Below, in pieces: positions 1-8,900 of a stretch of DNA of 32,000 nt (the stretch's first letter is position 1; every line of letters begins with the position of its first letter). This stretch comes from Nitrosotalea devaniterrae. GTDB taxonomy: Archaea; Thermoproteota; Nitrososphaeria; Nitrososphaerales; Nitrosopumilaceae. A model generated the notes under the pieces. The model worked only from the letters and a program-made list of their open reading frames with translations, was not told where the DNA came from and made no database searches. The stretch lies in contig LN890280.1 in assembly GCA_900065925.1 (NCBI GenBank), positions 146,451-178,450 of the forward strand, in the 5' to 3' direction. The translations under genes and the position numbers were made by a program.

Positions 1-807
1 CCATTCCACAAGCTTGACTATGCCGTCTCTGTCAAGTGCCGCTTCATAATCTTCTCCCTTTAAGCTCCTGTCATGGGTGACATGTTTTTCTATTAGATTA
101 GAGCCTGCTACTATTCCTGCAATTGGAACAATCAGGGCTAATTCGGAATCGCCATCTGTGTGGTCTGCCATTCCTGCGGGTAGACCAAATGTATTCTGTA
201 GTGTCTTGATGTATCCAATCTTTGCATTTTCAATTGATGTGGGATATGTCTGGATTCCATAAAGCAAGCAAATGTCAGAGTTTCCAGATTCTCTAATCCA
301 ACCAATGGCCCTGTCAATCTCACCAATGGAGCATCCTCCAACATTGAGTATGACTGGCTTGCCGTTTTTGGCAATTTTTTTAATCAATTCTTCTTCTGCC
401 ATGCATGAAGGGTGTAACGCATATAGATCAGGTGCTAATGTTGATACAAATTTTTCGCTTGGAATGTCATTGCATAGTGCACTTACCAAAAGTCCCTTTG
501 ACTTGGCATATGGAATTAAAATCTTCCAATCATCTTGTGATAGATTGATCTGTTCAAGATAATCAAACAATGGTTTTGTATTTGATGTAGATGAGCTCTT
601 TCCAACTCCTGCTGTATAATTTCGAACCATGTAATCTGGCATTGATGTGATGTGAAAATTAATTGCGTCTACCTTTGCATCTGCTGCATGATCAATAATT
701 TTTTTGGCCTTGTCTACAGAGCCATCATGACCCCATGCCATCTCTACTATTACAAATGTAGGATGTCCTGCACCAACTATCTTGTCTTTCACATGAACTT
801 CTTTCAT
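1..807 (-). CDS. NeuB-like N-acetylneuraminate/pseudaminic acid synthase family protein, C-terminus off the left edge (partial)
   Basis: My reverse-strand translation from the ATG at 807: MKEVHVKDKIVGAGHPTFVIVEMAWGHDGSVDKAKKIIDHAADAKVDAINFHI... to ...GLPAGMADHTDGDSELALIVPIAGIVAGSNLIEKHVTHDRSLKGEDYEAALDRDG; the 'GxxDHT' and 'IEKHVTHDRSLKGxD' features are typical of the NeuB/SpsE family. Open to the edge, so it is not in the supplied ORF track. Confidence 0.82.
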   Translation of the reverse strand, partial: MKEVHVKDKIVGAGHPTFVIVEMAWGHDGSVDKAKKIIDHAADAKVDAINFHITSMPDYMVRNYTAGVGKSSSTSNTKPLFDYLEQINLSQDDWKILIPYAKSKGLLVSALCNDIPSEKFVSTLAPDLYALHPSCMAEEELIKKIAKNGKPVILNVGGCSIGEIDRAIGWIRESGNSDICLLYGIQTYPTSIENAKIGYIKTLQNTFGLPAGMADHTDGDSELALIVPIAGIVAGSNLIEKHVTHDRSLKGEDYEAALDRDGIVKLVEW

Positions 808-941
808 GTTTCACTTTCAATCAGCCATGTATTTGATTATTAACATTGTGAATTAACTGATACTTGATTCTGCTTGCATGGACGAATCATCACTGAAAAA
901 TACATGGCATGCTTAAATAAGTCTCAAAACATTTCGCAGTT

Positions 942-1952
942 ATGGTCAGTGCCTCGCGTTCTAGATTGGATGAAATCTATTCGCTTTCAAGCAAGATTAC
1001 CGGCAAAGAATTTGTTGAACTTGTGGCAGGTGGACCTAAAATATTTGAAAAAGCCCTTCACGAATTTACTAAATACATTGACCCCTACACAGGCAAGGTC
1101 AAAAATGAATTTGCAATAATTCGTGACAAGTGTCCTCTCTGTTTTTCAAAAGATTTTGGATATGCATTTACCAAGGATGGCTTTGATCATATGATTTGCA
1201 ATTCATGTGACATGATATTCACATTACAAATACTTGACAATGACAAGACCAAGTATCTTGAGGAGGGCGAAGAAGGTGACGCTTATGGTGAAATAAAAGA
1301 AAAGCCAGCGATAAGTGAAAATGACAAGAAAAAATATGAAATTGTTTTTGAAGAAATAGGAAAATATGGCAAGGTCAAGGACATACTGGATATTGGTAGT
1401 CAGATTGGAACTTTTGTGCAATGGGCATCTGACAAGGGATTTAACATAATTGGTCATGAATACCACAATCCACTACGTAAAGTGGCCCAGTCTAGAGGTC
1501 TAACTGTACTAAATGACAATCTGGAAAAAATAACATTTGATAAACAATTTGACTTGATAACCATGTGGGACTATATCGACCATGTAATAGGCCCGCATGA
1601 AGTCATAAAGAATCTAACAAAATATCTAAAAAAAGGTGGACTCTTTTTCTATGCAATCAATAACCGGGACAGTCTTTCTGCAAAAATATTACACCAGTAT
1701 TGCCCTAATTTCATAGGGCCGCATCACACAATGCATTATGGCATTAGTCAACTTCAGAAATTAATGGGTGATGATTTTGAGCTACTAGAATACGAATCTT
1801 ATGTATCGGAACTAAACTGGATTTCCAATTGGATGTCATTCAAAAGCCCATGGTTTGGCGATGCACCGCTTGCATACGAGCTATTTGATCCAAAGAAAAT
1901 TTGTGAGCTTGGAATGGGCATAAAGCTTAATGCAATTTTCAGAAAAAAATAA
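942..1952 (+). CDS. Class I SAM-dependent methyltransferase with N-terminal Cys zinc-binding motif (sugar/glycan methyltransferase type)
   Basis: 336-aa ORF; CPLCF...MICNSC zinc-ribbon-like motif, then 'VKDILDIGSQIGTFVQWASDKGFNIIGHE' (motif I) and 'FDLITMWDYIDHV'. Confidence 0.8.
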   Translation: MVSASRSRLDEIYSLSSKITGKEFVELVAGGPKIFEKALHEFTKYIDPYTGKVKNEFAIIRDKCPLCFSKDFGYAFTKDGFDHMICNSCDMIFTLQILDNDKTKYLEEGEEGDAYGEIKEKPAISENDKKKYEIVFEEIGKYGKVKDILDIGSQIGTFVQWASDKGFNIIGHEYHNPLRKVAQSRGLTVLNDNLEKITFDKQFDLITMWDYIDHVIGPHEVIKNLTKYLKKGGLFFYAINNRDSLSAKILHQYCPNFIGPHHTMHYGISQLQKLMGDDFELLEYESYVSELNWISNWMSFKSPWFGDAPLAYELFDPKKICELGMGIKLNAIFRKK

Positions 1953-1960
1953 GTTAATTT

Positions 1961-2743
1961 CTAGACGGTAAACTCTTTTGACGTTCCAAGTCCATTGTCC
2001 TTCATGTACAGATCCACTGCATCTTTTGGGTCTCCATAGAACTTGACCTTTCCTTTATCCAAATACAATGCCTTGCTACAATGTTTTAGTACGAAAAACA
2101 TGTCATGGGTTGCTATGATTGCACCCTTTGAACCAAGAGCAATCTCCTTCATCCTCTTTGATGCCTTGTCTCTGAAGGTAATGTCTCCTGCGCCAAGTAA
2201 TTCATCGAGCAACAGAAATTCAGGCTTGATTGAGGTGGCGATTGTAAAGGACAGTCTTGATAGCATTCCATCCGAATAATAGCGAATGGGCCTGTCGATG
2301 TGCTCCCCAAGTCCTGAAAACTCTACCATCGCATCAAAATTCTTTTTTATCTCGTCTATAGAATGGCCAAGATACAAACTTCCAAGTATGATATTTTCCC
2401 TGCCGCTGAGTTGTTCTCTGGTGCCAATTCCTGATGACAGTAAATGACATGTGGTGTTTATCGTCACTGTTCCTTTATCTGGTTGCAAGATCTCTGCAAC
2501 CACCCTGAGCAAGGTGGATTTTCCAGCCCCATTGTTTCCAATTAATCCTAGGATTTCTCCATGTTTTACTGAAAAGGAGACATTTTGCAAGGCCCAAAAA
2601 TATTTTGCGTCATTTTTTTTCTTTGATAACTTGCGGTCCCATAAATCTGCAAGTGTTGGAATGGGATTTCCTGTAGAAAATTTAACCCATATATCATTGC
2701 AGTTGATCAATTCATTATTTTCAAGTTTTGTCCCAAGTTCCAT
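1961..2743 (-). CDS. ABC transporter ATP-binding protein, polysaccharide/O-antigen export type (Wzt/TagH-like)
   Basis: 260-aa ORF; Walker A GNNGAGKST, LSSGIGTREQLSGRENI, signature-like YSDGMLSRLSF, Walker B PEFLLLDELLGAGD. Directly follows the permease gene. Confidence 0.9.
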   Translation of the reverse strand: MELGTKLENNELINCNDIWVKFSTGNPIPTLADLWDRKLSKKKNDAKYFWALQNVSFSVKHGEILGLIGNNGAGKSTLLRVVAEILQPDKGTVTINTTCHLLSSGIGTREQLSGRENIILGSLYLGHSIDEIKKNFDAMVEFSGLGEHIDRPIRYYSDGMLSRLSFTIATSIKPEFLLLDELLGAGDITFRDKASKRMKEIALGSKGAIIATHDMFFVLKHCSKALYLDKGKVKFYGDPKDAVDLYMKDNGLGTSKEFTV

Positions 2744-2745
2744 TC

Positions 2746-3552
2746 CTATAACCTCTTGTAGAATTCTCCACGGCCCTTTTGCAATGCCCTAAGTCCAAGT
2801 AATGCAAGTGGGACAAATACTGCAAACCAAATTCCTATGTTGATTAAATTGGGTGGTGTACCATAAATTAAGATATTTCTCCATGCGGGAAATATTGTTG
2901 CAAATGGATTGATCTGGTATAGCCACTGCCAATTGACTGGAACCAAGTTTTCAGAATAAATTCCAGGTGACGCAAAAAACCAGACCTGGATGAACATCCA
3001 TAGTATCTGCCCGAGGTCTCTGAACAAAAGGCCATATTTTGCAAAAAATGTTACCAAGCTTATTGTCATAAAAAATTGCAAGAGAACAAGTAGAGGTAAA
3101 TAGGCAATGTTTTCTGTCACATGCACTCCTGATACCAGCGCCCCGCCTATGATTACAAGCAAGCCAAATCCAAAGAACATCAGTTCTGTAATCACATTGG
3201 AAAAAATTAGGGGCAAGAGGGGAAGATTTGTTCTTTTGAGCTCAGTTTGAAAGCTTAACAATAAACCCGGCGCATTCTCCAATGACCTTGAAAACCACCT
3301 CCAGATCAATGTCACCATTATGATTATGATCACTTGGTGCTCGCCAAATGTCTGCTTGAATAAAATTGTGGTAAAAAACACAAAGACTGTTGACATCAGC
3401 AAGGGCTCCAGGAACCACCATAGTGGACCAAGTGCTTTCTGGAAATGTTTTTGCTTGAACTCTGCCTTTACCTGATACCAGATTAATTCTCGATATTTGA
3501 AAAATTCTATAATGGGACTGACAAAGGAATTGCGCATGCAGCCATTGGCCAA
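2746..3552 (-). CDS. ABC-2 type transporter permease, polysaccharide export (Wzm/TagG-like)
   Basis: 268-aa ORF with several hydrophobic segments and the ABC-2 export signature region 'FKQKHFQKALGPLWWFLEPLLMSTVFVFF'; 2 nt upstream of the ATPase gene on the same strand. Confidence 0.88.
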   Translation of the reverse strand: MANGCMRNSFVSPIIEFFKYRELIWYQVKAEFKQKHFQKALGPLWWFLEPLLMSTVFVFFTTILFKQTFGEHQVIIIIMVTLIWRWFSRSLENAPGLLLSFQTELKRTNLPLLPLIFSNVITELMFFGFGLLVIIGGALVSGVHVTENIAYLPLLVLLQFFMTISLVTFFAKYGLLFRDLGQILWMFIQVWFFASPGIYSENLVPVNWQWLYQINPFATIFPAWRNILIYGTPPNLINIGIWFAVFVPLALLGLRALQKGRGEFYKRL

Positions 3553-3666
3553 AGTCTTGGCTTTATTTCTTTCAAGAAATAATTACATATTTTCTAATCA
3601 TAATGCATCCTAAATTACAAGCATGAGAAAATCGTTTTAAGTACAGCATACTGTGATCATTTCAAA

Positions 3667-4833
3667 ATGCGAATTCTCTATTTCACTCAATTATTCTATC
3701 CAGCACTCTTTGGCGGCGGAGAGTACATCTTTTACCAGTGGGCTGCAGACTTGGCAAATAAAGGCCATGAAGTACATGTAATCACACAAAATTTGGATGG
3801 GGCAAAGTCATATGAAAACCACAGGGGGATGCACATCTATCGCGTAGGCTCTACACTAAACCCAACAGGCACGCTGCCAATTGGGATTATTTCAAACCTG
3901 ACATTTCTTGTCAGGTCATTCTTTCTGGGAGTCAAAGTATCAAGAAAATCCAAGATTGACGTGATTCACTCAAACACCTATGTTCCTGTGTTGTCTGCCC
4001 AGTTGTGCTCAAGTCTATTGCAGATACCTCATATCGCAACTATCCATGATGTTTACCGTACATCGCAAAAAGATTTCTGGAAGACCTGGTCTAACCAGAC
4101 AGGCGTCTCAAAATCAATGGCCTTTCTGGGACCACTGATGGAAAAACTTGTCACAAAGATGCCAGTATCGACATTTCATACTGTAAGTGAGAAAAGCAAG
4201 CAGGACCTCGAGTCCCTTGGAGTATCAAAAGTTGTAGTCATCCCAAATGGAATCAATCCAGATGACTATCAAGTCAGTGGTACCGCAAAAAAGAATCAGG
4301 CAATCTTTATCGGAAGATTGGTTTTTTACAAAAACCTTGATGTTCTAATCAATGCATTTGCAAAGATAATTGAAAAAATTCCTGACGCCAGGCTTGTAAT
4401 TGTTGGAAATGGTCCGCAAAGAAATCATCTTGAACAATTAGTAGAGAGCCTTGGATTGAAAAACAGCATATCCTTTACTGGTATGATATCTGATGCAGAA
4501 AAAATTCGATTAATATCCGAATCCAAAGTACTGCTAAACCCAAGCTTGGTAGAGGGATTTGGCATTGTAGTCCTAGAAGGCTTTGCATGCGGCAAGCCTG
4601 TCATAACATCTGACTCTAAGCCTCTCTCAGATCTGATAGATGATGGACTAGATGGTTATGTTATACCTGCAACAGACACAAATTCCTGGGCTGAAAAAAT
4701 AATAGAGTTACTCTCCGATGGTTCCAAGTGTACAAAAATGGGTATGCAAGGAAAGAAAAAAGTGGCTGAAAAATATTCTATATCAAAACTAGGTGATGAT
4801 ATGGCATCATTATACAAGCAGGTAATAAAATAA
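3667..4833 (+). CDS. Glycosyltransferase family 4 (GT-B, group 1)
   Basis: 388-aa ORF; N-terminal 'GGGEYIFYQWAADLANKGHEVHVITQN', C-terminal 'AIFIGRLVFYKNLDVLINAF', 'NPSLVEGFGIVVLEGFACGKPVITSD'. Confidence 0.92.
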   Translation: MRILYFTQLFYPALFGGGEYIFYQWAADLANKGHEVHVITQNLDGAKSYENHRGMHIYRVGSTLNPTGTLPIGIISNLTFLVRSFFLGVKVSRKSKIDVIHSNTYVPVLSAQLCSSLLQIPHIATIHDVYRTSQKDFWKTWSNQTGVSKSMAFLGPLMEKLVTKMPVSTFHTVSEKSKQDLESLGVSKVVVIPNGINPDDYQVSGTAKKNQAIFIGRLVFYKNLDVLINAFAKIIEKIPDARLVIVGNGPQRNHLEQLVESLGLKNSISFTGMISDAEKIRLISESKVLLNPSLVEGFGIVVLEGFACGKPVITSDSKPLSDLIDDGLDGYVIPATDTNSWAEKIIELLSDGSKCTKMGMQGKKKVAEKYSISKLGDDMASLYKQVIK

Positions 4834-4912
4834 TCAAACAAGTCTTCATTGGTGGTTATCGTATATATCAAACCACAAACTACATTAAAAGAGAATTTCA
4901 AGCATACAAATA

Positions 4913-5788
4913 ATGAAACTTGTCTGCATTCCGGCATACAACGAAGAAAAAATCATAGGGGATATAATAAAAAAATCCCTGCAATATGCAGACAAGGTAA
5001 TAGTATGCGATGACGGCTCTGCTGATAATACTGCAAAGATTGCAAGAGAGTCAGGAGCACAGGTGATATCGCACAAAAAAAATCAAGGCTATGGTGCTGC
5101 GATTATTACACTATTTGATGCAGCAAGAAAAGAAAATTCTGATATCATGATTACAATTGACGGAGACGGACAGCATGATCCAGAACAAATTCCAATTTTG
5201 ATAAACACATTGCAAGAAAATAACGTAGATGTAGTAATTGGTTCAAGGTTTCTTGACGGAAAGTCTGAAACCCCGGGATACAGAAAACGTGGAATCAAGA
5301 TAATAACATCTACTGCAAACTTTGGAGCAGACTTTAAAGTAACTGATTCCCAGTCGGGATTTCGGGCATACTCAAAAAAAGCAATCGAATCAATCCATCC
5401 TACTGAAACAGGGATGGCAGTATCTACTGAAATTTTACTTAAAATATCAAACAAGGGACTTAGTTTGGCCGAAGTCCCAATTTCAATATCATATGGAAAT
5501 GATACTTCCACACAAAATCCCGTACCGCATGGAATTGCAGTCTTGATGAGCACTTTGAAATTTATTTCAGTCAAGCACCCAATTCCATTTTACGGCTTTC
5601 CGGGAATGGCACTTGTAATTGCAGGATCCATTATGGGCTACCAATTCCTAGATGTGTATCTTCATAGCCACATTGCACTTTTAGGCTCTCTTTTTGCAGC
5701 CATATTGTTGTTTTTGGTGGGAACAATTCTATGTGTTACTGCCGTGATATTGTTTTCAATGGCTACGCTAATTCGTGAAAAAAATTGA
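4913..5788 (+). CDS. Glycosyltransferase family 2, dolichol-phosphate mannosyltransferase-like, with two C-terminal TM helices
   Basis: 291-aa ORF; 'CIPAYNEEKIIGDIIKKSLQYADKVIVCDDGSADNTAKIA', 'TIDGDGQHDPEQIP', 'DSQSGFRAYSKKAIE', two C-terminal hydrophobic helices. Confidence 0.88.
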   Translation: MKLVCIPAYNEEKIIGDIIKKSLQYADKVIVCDDGSADNTAKIARESGAQVISHKKNQGYGAAIITLFDAARKENSDIMITIDGDGQHDPEQIPILINTLQENNVDVVIGSRFLDGKSETPGYRKRGIKIITSTANFGADFKVTDSQSGFRAYSKKAIESIHPTETGMAVSTEILLKISNKGLSLAEVPISISYGNDTSTQNPVPHGIAVLMSTLKFISVKHPIPFYGFPGMALVIAGSIMGYQFLDVYLHSHIALLGSLFAAILLFLVGTILCVTAVILFSMATLIREKN

Positions 5789-5925
5789 AAGATCTTGGTA
5801 GATCACAAAAAAAGAGCCAAATTTGTAAGTTCTTTATTGTACCATTACACATTTTTCATAAATCTGCCTCATGATATACAAATAAACTAAATCTAGCTAA
5901 AAAAATGAACAATTCGTCCATTATG

Positions 5926-5934
5926 CTTATATAT
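5926..5934 (+). promoter_or_regulatory. Candidate TATA/box A of the S-layer gene
   Basis: CTTATATAT about 30 nt upstream of the ATG at 5963, implying a very short 5' leader. Confidence 0.45.
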
Positions 5935-5962
5935 CAATTTCAGACCAAAAATTACAATAACT

Positions 5963-8900
5963 ATGTACAACAATACATTACGAAAAATAACTAGTCTAAC
6001 ACTACTAACAATACTCTTGTCAAGCTCTGCTGTATTTGCAATGCCAAACGCATTGCCATCAGCACATGCTTCGACAAACGCAAACTTGTTTGTCTCTGCT
6101 GAAAATTCCCAGTGGAATAACTACTTTGCCGGTCCTCAAGTTATCCAAGTAATCGTGGCTGATCCTGATATAAACAGATTAGACCAGGGCTATGGAGAAC
6201 CTACAGTAACCGTCAACGGTAAGAAACTGAGAATGGCACAGAACACAGACGGTAACTGGTATGGATACTTTGCGGATAGTAAGCAAGCACAAACTGCTGA
6301 TTCTACAGTGCAAAACACTGTGGCAGGTAAAGGATTGGACTTCGGTTCATTCTGTTCTGCAACATCAGCAAAAATCGCAACCGGTGTTGATTTCTCTGAA
6401 ACAAAGGGAGTCGCAATAGCTGATCAGGTATACTCTTCTACCACTTTATCCACGGGTAACGCCTTGGGATCAAACGGTACACAGACTCCTGGTGCAACTG
6501 TTTCCACCGATTGTGGTGCTGGCGGTGTTTTGACTGTAGCTGATCCTGCAAAGGAAGCTCAGACAAAGTACAACCACGTCATAAGAGAAAATAAGACACT
6601 CACCCAGGCAAAAACTGGTGTGACATACGGTCAAATTGGTTTCATAAACTCCAATGCATGGCCAGTAGTCCAACTCTATGACTTTGCTTCATTACCAAGT
6701 GTAGTGACAGTTGACTATCACAAGGCTGGCGGCGATCAAGTCGTAAATCTGACATTCGATAGAATTCCAGATGGCTTGCTTAGCACAACAGTCGATAGAT
6801 CTGCTTATCCACAAAACACACAAGTATTCTTACAAGTAAATGATCCACAGCTAAACATTGACCCAACCGAGGAAGATTCATGGACATGGGCTACAAATTC
6901 ATCTAATCCAGGTGTATTTTACCAATTGTTCAACCGAAACGGTGGAGTTGATGCAGACGGTACCACAGGTGCACAAAACCTAATTGGTAACCTCACATCA
7001 CTCATGTTCAATCACAACGGCAAGTTGACTGTAACCCCACAGGCACAGTCACAACGTGTGATCGACTTCCAGAAAAACGGTAAGGATACTCTAACCAGTG
7101 TTTCACAAAGAGGAAGTCCAGCGACATTGACTACTGCTTCATTAGGAGCAAATACATTGCCGTTGACCCTCATTGAATCTGGCGGAGTAAACGTGGGTAC
7201 ATTTGGAAGCTGGGACGGTGCAAAAACATCTGAGATAATTACAGTAGACAATGCAAATATCAGAGGACAATCTGCAGTTGTAAGATACAACGACAGAGAC
7301 CTCAGCCTTGTCGGAGGATTTTCATTTGCTTCAATCGCCCAGTCACCACTCAATGGTACATGGGCAGGCGGACAAAGAATCCCTGTAACAGTAACTGATG
7401 CTGATTCTAACAAGAACGGCAGAATTACTGAACATCTCAACTTCTACGATCCAAACTATAAGAGAATATCAACAATGAAAATTGGTACTCCATTTACACT
7501 ATCTCAGGCTGGTGCAGCCAAGATCACAGCCTTCCTTACAGGAAGTTACTTGAATCTTGTCCACACCACTACTCAGGGTGTATACACATATGAAGGCTTG
7601 AGCCATGCCGCATCTGGAAACGCATCAATGGCAGCTTCTGCCAATCTTGCTGAAGATGAAGGATTTAGCGCAAGACCAATTCTAAAGTTGACTAACTCTA
7701 CAGCTGGTAACGTAGGAATACCCAACGGAGGTACATTGTTTATTGACTTGAATGTGACTGCAGGTAAGTTACAATCAATAATAAACAACCCAGTTGGTGC
7801 TGCATCCTCCACAAAGTTCAAGGGATTTGATTTCCTGAACTATGACTTGAGATCATTTGGTTCTCTTAACAACGTAACTGGCTCTAGCATTTCTAACGCT
7901 ACAATCTACTTGGTAGAGCAAACAGCTGCTAACCATCAGATTTTAGATCCAGCACAGAATAAGCTTATCAAAACAGGCTCATTCAAGCTGTACTCGTTAG
8001 CAAACGTAACCTCACTACAAGGATTTGTGAACCTTAACGGAACACAGACCACAATAGGCGGTTCAGCCAGTAACGATGCAAAGGTAACCTTGAATAATAT
8101 ATTCAATACCGTGGTTTCAACTCACAACATCGGTATAGCTATCCAATTTAGAACAGTCGGTAACCTTGCTTCTGGAGTAGTAACAATCAACCCAGCTGGA
8201 GAACCAGTTGCAGTTGACTTCTTCTCCATTGGTACAATAGGTGACGGATTGACAAATGATCAAAGGGTTAACAATGCAATCTACAGATTTGAACTTGAAG
8301 AATCCGGTGATAACACTGGAGTCTTTACTGGTACAAATCAGTATGTTATGCTCAACCAGTTGAACATCTACAATCCAACTACTTATTCTACATTGAGACC
8401 TATACAACATGATGTGAAATTTGCTGCAATAACTGATATGCTCCAGGCAGAAGCCCGTGCTCCACAGGTCACATACTTTGACCTCGGACAAGACGGTGTG
8501 AATACACAGATATCTGCACAAACAGATATCCCAACACACACTGGTGTAGTATCATTTGATAGCAAGACATACAAGATTGGTGACACTGTAACAATTACAC
8601 TAAGCGATGCAGACCTTAACGTTGACAATGACCTAGTCGACATCTACACAGCGGTTACTCCAGTATATTCTGCTGCCACAACAACAGGAAATGCTGATGA
8701 CCAAAGACAAGACCCAGCAACCGATACAATCGGTACAGCAGGTCTTGGATCTTACCTCAATGGCCAAACAGCCATCGGTAGATTGCTAGATGTACAATTT
8801 GGTCAACAAAACGTTAGATGGTCTAATTCCAAGATTAACGGTACAACAACTAACACTGCTCACTGCTTCACCGCAGAATCTAACGGTGCAACAGCCAACG

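Noticed and set aside
77-562. Short ORFs 77-262 (+), 138-374 (-), 272-562 (+)
   Set aside because: They overlap the long edge-truncated minus-strand NeuB-like ORF, which has clear family motifs; these are shadow frames.
5791-5804. GATCT-TGGT-AGATC small hairpin after the GT2 gene
   Set aside because: Only 5 bp arms; plausible by chance and no U-tract follows, so not reported as a terminator.
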